DNA of 64,000 nucleotides from Octopus vulgaris (GCA_951406725.2 OX597815.1:50406001-50470000), one strand, 5' to 3'; numbered from the stretch's first letter, positions 1 to 12,282 are shown. Numbers and translations are program-made. Notes: generated from the sequence alone by a model not told the origin.

Positions 1-195
1 ATATTTGAGTGCTTGAGTATCACTTTATAGCTTCACCAGAGCTTCAGACATGAAGCACAATTTATTTGGAAAAATATTTACTTCCATGTATTTACACAGA
101 AAAACAAAATCTTATCCAGGCCATGATATCATAGAGAAAAAAAAGAGATAGAAAATCAATATGATGATGTTTATATCTATATCTATATAATTATT

Positions 196-251
<56 letters not shown>

Positions 252-676
252 TGATTTTATTTTTGATCTTCTATATAAATGAAGATATTTCCTCCATCTG
301 GCTGCTTTTCTTTCTACAAAATGGGAAGTTACATTGTGAAATTATTTTAATGAGTTGTATTTATTTATCACCCAACGAGATACATCTGCACCACCGGATG
401 CTCCTGAAACAGTTGTTGAGTGTCCCACCCATGAGGAATCGATGCTAAATGTGACGAAACAATTGTCATGATTAATAATAAATTCTTGTATATTCCATCT
501 TTTGACTTTCATTTGCCACATACATAACGATCACTTTGAAAGTGACCTTGCTTTACCAGTAAGTTACGAGGTGTAAACAATTCGTTTTATTATATATGTC
601 CACATGTACATATAGCTGTTAAAGAACCCAAAAGTTAGAAAGAATATGCACTCATACATTTGTCAATAGAGTGTGT

Positions 677-958
677 AATATTAATCAAAGTGTACAATAT
701 TATATATCAATTATGGCCAATCTTACTAATCAGTTTTGCACTAGGGGTTCAATGGATTGTTACATAACAGACCAATTATGTAACACTGATCTCTATTCAA
801 GAAAATAGTTACCACATTCCATTCCATAACTGCCATCTCTGATGAGCACAGGGTTACATAAGCTGTTAACTAATACTCCATTGAATCCTTAGTGCAAAAC
901 CAATCAGTTAGACCAGCCGTAAAAGATATATATGATACAGTACACTTCAATTAATATA
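677..958. repeat. Long imperfect inverted repeat (arms about 115 bp)
   Basis: Left arm has gttttgcactaggggttcaatgga, right arm has tccattgaatccttagtgcaaaac. Complementarity extends outward to ttaatcaaagtgtac / gtacacttcaattaa. Abuts (TA)n. Confidence 0.85.
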
Positions 959-966
959 TATATATA

Positions 967-1311
967 TTTCTTTTATCTGTTTACTTGTTTCAGTCATTTG
1001 CCTGCGGCCATGCTGGAGCATTGCCTTAAAGGTTTTAGTCGAAGAAATTAACCCCAGGACTTATTATTTGTAAGTCTCGTACTTATTCTTTTGGTCTCTT
1101 TTGCCGAGCCGTTAAGTTACAGGGCCATAAATATATATATATATATATATACGATGGGCTTCTTTCAGTTTCCGTCTACCAAATCTACTCACAAGGTTTT
1201 GGTCGACCCAAAGCTATAGTAGAAGAAACTTGCTCATGATACCACACTGTGGGACTGAACCCGGAACCATGTGGTTGGGAAACAAGCTTCTTACCACACA
1301 GCCATGCCTGT
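967..1311 (-). mobile_element. SINE family A (tRNA-derived head, ccttgggcaagt core, internal microsatellite, gaaacaagtaaaag tail)
   Basis: Reverse complement matches the copies at 1998, 9734 and 14360. Confidence 0.9.
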
Positions 1312-1495
1312 GTCTTAGATCGGTAGCCACTACACACATTTTTTTCTCTCCTTGTTTTTTTCTGTGTCCCTTTCTGTAGAAGAGCATAGGCTTGAAATGT
1401 AAAAGACTTTTTCAATTCCTGAGCGTTATACTAATACATCTGTTTATTTTCTACACCACCTGTCTTCGTCTTTTGTTTTTTTCATGAACTCTCCC
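1312..1495 (+). mobile_element. Short (about 185 bp) Penelope-type element with minimal hammerhead-like motif, copy 1
   Basis: 1370-1405 reads cttt-CTGTAGA-a-gagc/gctt-GAAA-tgta-aaag. Ends at (TA)n. Shares the cctgagcgt..aatac motif with the element at 55926-56130. Confidence 0.65.
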
Positions 1496-1571
<76 letters not shown>

Positions 1572-1598
1572 TCGCCATAGTTATCGCCATACTACCAT

Positions 1599-1897
1599 AA
1601 GATTTTGGTCGACCCAAAGCTATAGTGGAAGAAACTTGCTCAAGATACCACACTGTGGGACTGAACCCGGAACCATGTGGTTGGGAAACAAGCTTCTTAC
1701 CACACAGCCATGCCTGTGTCTTAGATCGGTAGCCACTACACACATTTTTTTCTCTCCTTGTTTTTTTCTGTGTCCCTTTCTGTAGAAGAGCATAGGCTTG
1801 AAATGTAAAAGACTTTTTCAATTCCTGAGCGTTATACTAATACATCTGTTTATTTTCTACACCACCTGTCTTCGTCTTTTGTTTTTTCATGAACTCT

Positions 1898-1900
<3 letters not shown>
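1599..1900 (+). repeat. Near-identical tandem duplicate of about 1193-1495 (SINE 5' part plus hammerhead element, copy 2)
   Basis: Direct comparison shows only a few differences. A third partial copy of the tail lies at 1938-1975. Confidence 0.95.
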
Positions 1901-1933
<33 letters not shown>

Positions 1934-1997
1934 CACACACCTGTCTTCGTCTTTTGTTTTTTCATGAACTCTCCCTATATATATATATATATATATA

Positions 1998-2330
1998 GGC
2001 ACAGGAGTGGATGTGTGATAAGTAGCTTGCTAACCAACCACATGGTTCCGGGTTCAGTCCCACTGCGTGGCATCTTGGGCAAGTGTCTTCTGAAAGAAGC
2101 CTGTCGTATATATGTATATATATATATGTATGTGTGTGTGTGTTTGTGTGTCTGTGTTTGTCCCCCTAGCATTGCCTGACAACCGATGCTGGTGTGTTTA
2201 CGTCCCCGTCAATAGAATAAGTACTGGGCTTACAAAGAATAAGTTCCGGGGTTGATTTGCTCGACTAAAGGTGGTGCTCCAGCATGGCCACAGTCAAATG
2301 ACTTAAACAAGTAAAAGAGTAAAGAGTAAG
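1998..2330 (+). mobile_element. SINE family A with internal deletions
   Basis: ggcacaggagtgg..tggtt..gggttcagtccc head (A/B boxes) and gtaaaagagtaaagag tail. Confidence 0.9.
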
Positions 2331-2469
2331 AGTATATATATATACACATATGTATGTATGCATATGTATATATGTATGTATGTAAACATTATATTCATAT
2401 ATAATATACATATGTGTGTGTGTGTGTATGTATGTGTGTTTGTGTGTGCATAAACAAGTGAATATATAT

Positions 2470-2620
2470 AGTTTAGATTGATGTAAATTAATATCTTCCA
2501 TCAAATTTTCATGCTAATTAATATTTGAAGCATCACCTTAATGATAAGTAATTTTACTAAATTCCTAGTAGTTTTCAAAATTAATTGAAACGACAGATAT
2601 ATGGTTACAAAAGTGTTATG
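2470..2620 (-). mobile_element. Fragment of piggyBac-like MITE (same family as 49562-49791)
   Basis: Reverse-complement similarity: cttccatcaaa..ttttactaaattc..aaaattaattgaaa. Confidence 0.55.
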
Positions 2621-3594
2621 TCTAGTTTTCTTTGAACTTTCCTTGTGTAAGACTCTGTGTGTGTGTGGGGGGGGGGTGTATGTGTGTGTGTGTGGGGGTT
2701 TGTGTGTGTGCTTAATTTTTAGTCAGGAAGGAGGGACATCATCCATAGCCTTTTACAAGACCCCTGAAATTAATAGATAGATAGATAGATAGATAGACAG
2801 ATAGAGAGGGAGAGAAAGAGAGAGAGATAGGAGTAAGGTATCCTCAAACTGGAGTCTTGTCCTGATTGCTTACAACAGGGTGAACCCCACTAACAGTATA
2901 CAGAATGCCAGGTGATGATGTTGAACTAGATAATGGACTAAGTCTACAATCCAAGTGGGACAGCTGGCCACAATGGAATTTGAATTCAGAATTCAAAGGA
3001 CCAGAACAAATATTGCAAAGCATTTCGTCTGATGTGTTAGCATTTCCATCAGTGCACCTTCCTAAAGAAACACTTTATTGATAAATCTATTGGAAGATAA
3101 ACTCCACAAAATTGCACCATGATGCAAGAAGCCAGAATATATACTGCAATGCATTTAGTCTAACACTCTAATGTCTTGGCTATTTTCACTTTTGTATGAA
3201 AATGTGCATGCACGCATGTGTGTGTTTGTGTTTGTGTAAGTGTTTGGACATGTTCAGGTGCATGATGCAGGCAGATGAGTGACTAACAAGTTGGATTTGC
3301 ATGATTCCAAAGGGTTTCAATTCCTTTGCACAGCACTTCATGCTAGTGTCTTCTTCAAGAGCCATGGGTTCCCAAAAGCCTTTTCAGTGAATTTAGAAAG
3401 ACAAAAGAACACATGGAAGCCAATCAGATGTCCATGTTTCAGAAAGCCAGCTTTATCATACATTGTATCAGGTTGAATCAGCTTAAAGATGGCAATAAAG
3501 ATATATCAGCTTCCTCCACTTCTCCCCATGTCTTCTTTTGGTATTCCTGTCCTAGTTTTCTTCATGCCATTTATATATGTATATATATATATAG

Positions 3595-3655
<61 letters not shown>

Positions 3656-3864
3656 GTGGTTGTCTACTCCTTATGCAGAGTCTGACCACCTCTTGTACTT
3701 ACACCTTAGATCCATCACGGTACCTGATGTGGCTTTTAAACCAATGTATTGAAAAGACACCTGCATAGATTGCATAACTGATTTGGATGGCCAAGAACTG
3801 CAGTTAAATTCTAATTTTTGTGGCTCTTAAAATGTCTTTTGAAGCCTGTTAGATTTGCATACCT

Positions 3865-4050
3865 TATCATCATCATTGTTATCGTTTAACATCTGGTTTC
3901 CGTGTTGGCATGGGTTGGACGGTTTGACAGAAGCTGACTAGGGAGAAGACTGCAGATTTCTGTGTCTGTTTTGGCATGGTTTTTGTGGCTGAATACCCTT
4001 CTTAACACTATCCACCCCACAGAGTGGACTGAGTGTATTTTACATGGACA
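3865..4050 (-). mobile_element. SINE family C (RTE-like tail ending in (GAT)n)
   Basis: catcat..gtttaac..gcatgggttggacggtttgacag motif shared with 19735-20175. Confidence 0.75.
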
Positions 4051-4579
4051 TGGGATTAGAATGTTACAGGAAAGAATCACAAGATGAATTCTTCAAGCCA
4101 AGCCAACTGTCAACAAGTCCCTAGAGGTGGACCAAGAAGGAGATGACTGGACAATAAATCTCACTTGGTCATGTTTGGGAATCCAGTTGTAAAGTTTAAT
4201 AACAGTTGCTTTTGATTGGACCCTATGATGGGAGTCTACCCCAATGGCACCATTAGTAATAGGAGGCAGAGAAAGAGATGGATAGAACATTACAAGGAGA
4301 TAAACAGTTGATAAATCATGACTTTCCTTTCCATAAATCATTAAACCATTTCAGCATAAAAGAAATTTTTCTACTTACTACATATATAAATAAGGATTTG
4401 GTACTTTTTTAAGAAGTACCAAAGGAAAATAATTTTTTGCTAGTTTATTTTGTCATTTTGTCTTCACTCCTGGTGCTGTATTAACATTTAATGTAGTTTT
4501 AGAGTCAAGTTTTGACTGCTATTTCCAGCATGGTGGTATCTCTTAGATACCCTAAATTATAATTTTATATATATATATA

Positions 4580-4885
4580 TACAAGGGTGCAGAAAATTTC
4601 TAGCTTTAAAGATATTGTGAAAGGCCTGGAGGCCCAACCTTCCAATTTCTTTTACAGGTCTTAGAAAAACTGAAGTACTGCTGCAATAAGTGTATGCATC
4701 TTATTAGTTTGGGGGGAAAGTTTGTGCACCATATTAAGCATTATTTTAACACAGCATTATTTTAAAAGTAATGCTATGTTAAAATAATGCTTAATACAGC
4801 ACACAAACTTTTTCCTCAACTTAATAATTAACTGATCCTCCTGTATTTTCTTATACCAAAAGCCAGGAACTTTCAGCACCCCCTT

Positions 4886-4888
<3 letters not shown>
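4580..4888 (+). mobile_element. Non-autonomous mariner-type MITE, interrupted by a hairpin at 4701-4827
   Basis: Termini caagggtgcagaaaatttctagcttt and aaagccaggaactttcagcacccccttg. Carries a mariner C-terminal remnant (LEKLKYCCNKC). Second copy at 7347-7566. Confidence 0.75.
4701..4827. repeat. About 127 bp fold-back palindrome
   Basis: tattaagcattattttaacacagcattat / gtaatgctatgttaaaataatgcttaata, with essentially no loop. Confidence 0.9.
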
Positions 4889-4923
<35 letters not shown>

Positions 4924-5149
4924 CATGTGTGAGTAACTATCAGTATATTTATCTAACTTATTCCCTCTATAGAGAAGACAGTTTGAAGTAGAAAGAAAAT
5001 ATGGAAAATATTTTATTTAGTTGAGTTGTTGTTCTTTATTTCTCACATGTATCTAGACATAGTCATCAACCTTTATATTCTCTACTCACACACCTGAATG
5101 CATGCACTTACACTCATGCACAAATACACTCAGATAAGCTAACATATAT

Positions 5150-5202
<53 letters not shown>

Positions 5203-6609
5203 CATGCACACACTCACACATATACAAAAATTCAAGAGTGGCTTAAATGAATCCATGAGTTATTTCAGCTTACAACATATTCTTTATAATTCTCTTCTGA
5301 ATTAAGAAAACAGAAAAAAGTTGCCATAAATAGCACCAGTAGTTACCATTTTCTTTCATTATTTTTTTTTACGTCTTCCAACATAATATTTTTTATCCTT
5401 ATATCTTTACATATATGTGATCTATTTATTCTAAAACTAACAAGGGTGTTTAAATCAAATGCACTAATGTATAAAGTAGTGCTTAGCCATTTCAGCTGCA
5501 CATAAAATGACAGAAACTCCATGTGATATATGTATATATGTTTTTCTTCTTAACTCTGAAGCTCTAGCTAACTCACATTTCACAGTGAATCAGAAACAGG
5601 GACAAAAATCAGAGAATATAGAAATCTTGAGTCCATTAACAGTAGACAATCCGATCTAATAAACTGACAAACAGACTAATAAACAATCATTGATATCACA
5701 GCAATGCTGAGGGTTTTTTTTTAAGAAGTACCAAAGGAAAAACATTCTAGGAACATTCTTGAAAATATATTTAACTGAAAGATAAGATGTGGAAGTAGCT
5801 ACAATAATTGCTTATAGCTCAAACTGGGAGAAAAACAAATAGGCAAAAATATGAATGTTTATATTGCAGCGATCTTTTTTTGTCAAAAAATTCCTGTAAT
5901 TCACGTTCCAAACATACCTATTTGCAAATAAATTTGCACATCACATAAAATCAGTAGTTAAATTTTTTTATATCTCACTGGTGATATAAATACAGGTAAC
6001 ACAACCCAACATGTTTTATTATAAATCTATATATGAATCATTTAGCATTTATATATGGATGTGTGTGTGTTTGTGTATATATATATACATTATATATACA
6101 TTTACATATATATATACATATATATGCATATAATATTTATATGTACATGCGTGTATGAGTCTATATAAATGAACATATAATATTTTATATATTATAGTTA
6201 TATATAAAATATATGTATATATATGTATACATATATTCTATATATTATATATATATATAATACATATGTATACTTACATATATTATATATCATCATCAAA
6301 TGTCTGATTTTGGTGTACGGATATATATATATATATATATAAGCAGACACACACACACACAGAGGCAAATATGTGTGTGTGTGTGTGTAATTTATGTCAG
6401 CTAATCCAGAACTCCATTGCTATGGAATTTTTCTGACATGCAGTCAATTCTGCAGACAGTAAAACAAAAAAAAAGAAACAAAATTGTCTGAGGGATTGGC
6501 TGTGCATTACTCCAGTGTGACAGACTAAATCAACTGAGATAAATTATTATATTCTACTATAATATCAAGTACCTTTTCGCCTATTTTTTAAAAAAAACCA
6601 ACACGGACA

Positions 6610-6666
<57 letters not shown>

Positions 6667-7111
6667 AAAGAAGGGGGGTGTTTCTATGCAGGAAAAAATA
6701 TAGGAAAATATGTTATTGAAAATGCACCTAAATTTCACAATCTCATAAATGTTTAAAATACATTTATTTATATATATATACCAAACTAGTTTCAACAATC
6801 TTTTTTGTTTATCAATGGTAAATGTTTAAAATTCGAAAAACAATTTCAATGTTGACAAACTAAAATGTTTCAATCTTGATAAATTAACATGTTCAAAACA
6901 GGTGTAAGTTTGAATGTTCATAGCAGGCAATAAAATTAAAACTGTATTTCAATTTCTTTGAATGTACAAAGTTCATTAATTTTAGTGGGGGCTGACAAGT
7001 CATAATGATAAAAACAAGAGTGAAATGAAAATAGTAAAAAGAAGGGGAATTTGTTTTACAGTTTCTCTGATCCTCTTCTAGTAGACACTTTCGCTTGTAG
7101 TGGTGTGTTTT

Positions 7112-7177
7112 GGGATCAGATGAATTTACAATTTTTTTTCCATGAGCAGATCTGATTTTTGAAATTCATCTGATCCC
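7112..7177. repeat. 16 bp perfect inverted repeat with 34 nt spacer
   Basis: gggatcagatgaattt ... aaattcatctgatccc. Confidence 0.85.
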
Positions 7178-7294
7178 CACCTCCAGCATCACTTGACAAC
7201 CGATGCTGGTGTGTATATATATATATATGTATGTATGTATGTATGTAAGAAATAATTAAGATCTGATCCACACAGCTCGAAGTAAGGTGAATAA

Positions 7295-7336
7295 AATCAA
7301 GATAAGCAACAGAATATCCTGTTGCTTATTTTGATT
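7295..7336. repeat. Hairpin with 18 bp stem
   Basis: aatcaagataagcaacag-aatatc-ctgttgcttattttgatt. Confidence 0.85.
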
Positions 7337-7346
7337 ATTTATATAT

Positions 7347-7566
7347 ATGAGAGGTTGCTCAAAAGTTCCTGGTTTTGGGTAAAAGAAAATACAGGAGGAT
7401 CAGTTAATTATGATTCTATTCAACATAATTCCCTCTTAGATTCACATAGTTATTGCAGAAGTCATTCAGTTTTTCTAAGCTTTGTAAAAGAACTCTGAAG
7501 GTTAGACCTCCAACCAGGCCTTTCATGGTACCCTTAAAGCCAAGGACACTTCAGCATCCCCTTATA
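7347..7566 (-). mobile_element. Mariner-type MITE, uninterrupted copy (about 220 bp)
   Basis: Degenerate TIRs gagaggttgctcaaaagttcctgg and ccaaggacacttcagcatcccctta, in TA context. Collinear with 4580-4888. Confidence 0.75.
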
Positions 7567-7637
7567 TATGTATGTGTGTGTGTGTGTGCACGCATGTGTG
7601 TGTGTGTGGCAGGGTGTTTGTGTGTTTCTACACACAT

Positions 7638-7920
7638 ACATATTTGGGCTAAATTTGACAGGCTGTATGAAGGGAAAGAAAACACAATATCTCACCCAAA
7701 TATGAAAGTATTTTAAAAATCAAGAAGTGTCAATTAAATAATGGCTTCAAAACAACAGCTTACCTGAAGTAGCAGCCCTCAGCTTAAAGCACAGTTTCAA
7801 GATGGCTCTTGAACCTGGTGCATACCTTCCTCACTGTGCTGCTGAGAAGATCTCTGAACACCTCCTTGATCTTGACCACCAGCTTGGCCTTAGTGTTGTA
7901 GGCAGAGTGGTTGGTGTCTT
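7638..7920 (-). pseudogene. 3' fragment of a maT/DD37D-like Tc1-mariner transposase
   Basis: Minus-strand translation DTNHSAYNTKAKLVVKIKEVFRDLLSSTVRKVCTRFKSHLETVL*AEGCYFR* aligns by eye with the transposase C-terminus at 32990-33146. Confidence 0.8.
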
Positions 7921-8063
7921 ATATGTATATATTGGTGCCACAAAAAAAAAAAAACAGTTGGTGTTAGGAAGAGCAACCTGCTATAGAAACCATTCCAAAG
8001 CAGACATTTTGAAGCACCCAATCCATGTTAGCATATGGAGGACAGTTGTTAAATGATGATGAC

Positions 8064-8096
<33 letters not shown>

Positions 8097-9733
8097 CACG
8101 ATTAAGATTTTATATATATCATCATCATCATGATGAATCCAAGCTAGCATATGGAGGACAGTTGTTAACTGGTGATGATGATGATGATGATGATGATTTT
8201 ATATATATATATATCATCATCATCATCATCATTATCAAAAGAAACTTTTAATTTCCTTTAATCTCAACTTTGTATGTAAGAGTTGGTGTTTACTTAGGTC
8301 ATCTCTGGTCAAACAGTACTATGATCAAAATACTTTAGTTCAGGCCATTTATTTTGTATTTTTATATCCAAGACTACTATGTCCGATGACTCTTTTTGTA
8401 GCTGTCTATGTATCTTATTTAATGTGTGTACACCACTGATAAACCATTCAAGAATGAAAGGTGTGATTTGAGAGAAATTTAACTGCTGGTGTTAGCAAGT
8501 CAAGCAAGTGCATAACATCTCTAGTGGCAGCTTGTTATGTATGTGAGTGTGAGTAAATGCTTGTGTGTGTGTTTGCATGTGGGCACTGGTTATGTGCTTG
8601 TGTCTGTGTGTGAGAGATGAGTTGTGTTCTGTGTATATGTGTGAATGAATGCAAATGCTGTCAAATCAATGGCAAAGAAAAATGTGATAACATTATCTAG
8701 ACACCAAGACTATATTATGTAGAGATATTCATATCTCTTGACAAATTTTAGTTAGATACCAAAATATATTGTATTAGATATCACAATAAATTATCACATT
8801 GACAAATTTTTCTTTAGATGTCCCAAATAAATTGTAATTCTTAGATTAGAGCAAATATTTGTTCATTTATTTCATCTTCTAAACTAGTGAGCTTCAGTCT
8901 TCTCTTTAAAAATTTTAATTTGTAGCACACTGGAAGTCTGCACAGCACCTTGAGAAAGTGTCTTTTACTATAGCCCTGGCAAACTAATAATGGCTTGTGA
9001 GTGAATTTGATCAATGAAGCTGTATTGACATACAAAATGTGTCATGGTGGTAGTGATGGTGGTGGTGGTGGTATAAAATGTCCTTTACTATCGTGTATGT
9101 AATGAATGTGCAGACACACACACACACACTAACAGACACATATGCACTCATATACAAAATGTATCGTCATTGTGTAAAATATCCTTTACTATGTCGTACA
9201 TAATGAACACGCAAACACATATACTCACTGACACATGCATACACATATACAAAATGTGACACCATCATATAAAATGTCATGTAGTACAGTTGACTATAGA
9301 AAGATTATTTTCAAGAAAATGTTATATTGTTTTAATCCAAATGAAAATAAAAATTACATGTTGACACTGGCGTGGTCTAATAGTATTACCTTGTAAAATT
9401 TGATTTGATTAGGTGGAGCCATTTGAGAATGCATAGGGAACAGACAGACAGACAGACAAGAATTTTATATATATAAAGATATATATATGTGTTTGTAAGT
9501 ACGCACAGTAGTAACAGTGGTAAGCTGTAAGAGTCAGCTAGGAGGGATACTGAACAGATATGGTATTTTTACATCATTTACCATAAGTGAGAATTTTTTC
9601 TCTAAGGTAACTGCATTGAATTTGTTTATACATGTGTGTGTACATGTGTGTGTGTTTGTGCATGTATGTACATGTATGTGTATATATATACATTTATATA
9701 TATGAGAATATATATATAATATGTATATATGTA

Positions 9734-9898
9734 TGCAGGAGTGGCTGTGTGGTAAGTAGCTTGCTTACCAACCACATGGTTCTGGGTTCAGTCCCACTGC
9801 ATGGTACCTTGTGCAAGTGTCTTCTATTATAGCCTCAGGCCAACCAAAGCCTTGTGAGTGGATCTGGTAGATGGAAACTGAAAGAAGCCCGTCGTATA

Positions 9899-9940
<42 letters not shown>

Positions 9941-10156
9941 TGTGTGTCTGTGTTTGTCCCCCCAAACCCGACATCACTTGACAACCGATGCTGGCATGTT
10001 TACATCCCTGTAACTTAGTGATTCAGCAAAAGAGACTGATAGAATAAGTACTAGGCTTCCAAAGAATAAGTCCTGGGATCGATTTGTTCGACTAAATGCG
10101 GTGCTCCTGCATGGCCACAGTCAAATGACTGAAACAAGTAAAAGAGTAAAAGAGTA
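9734..10156 (+). mobile_element. SINE family A, full length
   Basis: tRNA-like head, core, internal (TA/TG)n and gtaaaagagtaaaagagt tail. Confidence 0.92.
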
Positions 10157-10351
10157 ATAGCAGATTTTTTTCTAGACAATCTTGGAGCATTAATAACGAT
10201 TTTTTTTCAAAATTTAAATTACATTTTTCAAACTCCATGGCACAACTCAATACTTCTTGTGGAATACCAGTGTGCTAAAGTGCACCATTCAAGAACTGCA
10301 GTTTCAAATTTTATGTAGGAAGTTTACATTCAATCTAGAGTTCAGTAATTA

Positions 10352-11677
10352 CACTGGTCAACAAAGTTAAATGCATTATACTCATTATGAATGCAAACCA
10401 ACTTTTTTAGACTAATTTTTCATGCTTTCAAAATTTCACTTCATTTGTATGCAGCACGTATCAGTTTTTCAGTAGATACATGCAAATATTTACATATTTG
10501 TATATATATGTTATCATTAACATAATAAATAAGGACATATCATTTTTAGAAAGTAAATGAGTTTATTGAGTTAAAAATCATCATATACCATTCTACAAAG
10601 AGTGAATACACAAAAATGGGCCAGACAAAACTGACAAAGTTAGAACAACAGAATTAGAAACATTCTGCTTTAGATTTCCTGTAGTATTTCTGATCTAGTT
10701 GATCACAGTAAAGTGTCCAACAGTAGTCAGCCAGTATACTGTCATCCCAGAAGTCTTGGTACTGTTTCTCCGTAGCACTAATGTCCTGGTGAAATCTTGC
10801 ACCATGTTCATCAGACACTACTCCAAGGTTATCTGCAAAGAAATCCAGATGGGAGTCCAAAAAGTGAACTTTCAGTGACATGCGACAACCCATTGCTGAG
10901 TAACATTTCAGAGGATTCTTGATGCCATCCTTGTAATCCATTGCCTTCTTGTTACCCAAGAAATTCTCACAGATCCAATTGAAAGCATTCCAGGCAGGGA
11001 GTTCCAGTTCATCCAGTGTTGTCTTGAAGTTGACATCTTTGAGTACATCTCTAATTTGGAGTCCAACAACGATACCCATTTTCAACTGAGCAAATAAAAT
11101 GTGGTACCCATAACTTGTCCTGATCCCCAAAAGGACAGTCAAAGTATAGCTTATAAACCTTCTTGATCTCTAGTGTTATTGTACATTTTTGAGCTTTTGC
11201 AATAAACTGTCCACAAACATAACAAAACACATCAGGATGATTTCTACACTGTCTTGACATTGTTGACACTGTAAAACAAGTAAGGAAATAGATACAAACG
11301 GTTATACTTATATTGAATTTGAAATGAAATATTTCATCAGATCAATCATGACTGGACAATTTGAGATGTTGAAATACCTATTTCATCAGATAAAACTTGA
11401 TTGGTTAATTTAAGATGATGAAATATTGCATCTCAACTATGCAGCAATGAATAATGTAGTTTATTTTAAAGATATGTTTCCATGATGCAAATGAAATACA
11501 TGCATACACATCAGCAAATGGAATTTCTATATAATGCATGAGCTAAAACCAAAAACATTTCTCATCTTGAAAACTGTATGTGATGTCAAAAAACTAATTC
11601 TATATTTGAAATCAGCATTAAAAACTACACTAAGTACACCTTGACATATGATTGATGAAAATACTCGTTGACCAGTG
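10352..11677 (-). mobile_element. Internally deleted Chapaev3-type (CMC) DNA transposon
   Basis: 11 bp TIR CACTGGTCAAC at both ends and a 3 bp TTA TSD (10349-10351, 11678-11680). Transposase remnants inside. Confidence 0.88.
10654..11260 (-). pseudogene. Chapaev3 transposase remnant: N-terminal Cys-rich domain joined out of frame to the C-terminal region
   Basis: CRNHPDVFCYVCG..GDQDKLWVPHFIC is joined near 11090 to LKMGIVVGLQIR..FLGNKK..MSLKVHFLDSHLDFF..SDEHGARFHQDI..LADYCW. Confidence 0.88.
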
Positions 11678-11943
11678 TTATTAATGAACAAAATTATTCC
11701 ACTTATTCACAAAGGGACCAATTCTTCAGGACAATAATTTTGTATTTAGAATAAACTAACACTAAAGAAAGTGTTTTCATTCTTTGTTCTTTTGAAGTTT
11801 ATCTTGTAGATACCAAATAGTTTAGGATTTCTAAATATCTTAAATGAAGATGATGTTGATGATGATGACAATGATGACGAAAATGACAATGATAATGATG
11901 ATGATTATGTAATAGTAGTAGTAGTAGTAGTGGTAGGAGTAGT

Positions 11944-12215
11944 CATGGGCCCTGGAACAGGGGTGCAGGGGTTGCGAGTGTACCTTCTAAAATTTTTTTT
12001 GGGTGTTGGGTGGAAAATCAAAATTTGCACCTCTACTTACTTTTCTCATGTTTGGAAAACAGTACATAAAAAGTGATCTGTAAAATGTAGTTTGAAGATA
12101 GGTTTCTTCACAAAGAACAAAGAACAAAGATGATTGAATAAAAAAAACAATAAGACCTTGTCTGTAAAAAAATTTTCGACCTAGGTTTGCACCTCCTAAG
12201 CAAATTTCATTCACA
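11944..12215. mobile_element. Possible hAT-like DNA transposon end
   Basis: GC-rich terminus catgggccctggaacaggggtgcagggg and repeated tttgcacctc motifs. Family not established. Confidence 0.3.
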
Positions 12216-12218
12216 AGC

Positions 12219-12219
12219 C

Positions 12220-12282
<63 letters not shown>

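Noticed and set aside
1998-2070. tRNA-like sequences here and at 9734, 14360, 25058 and 52390-52460
   Set aside because: They are SINE heads continuous with SINE bodies and lack a complete acceptor stem.
4060-4330. Possible RTE 3' remnant (RRQRKRWIE)
   Set aside because: Only one short motif, too degraded to call.
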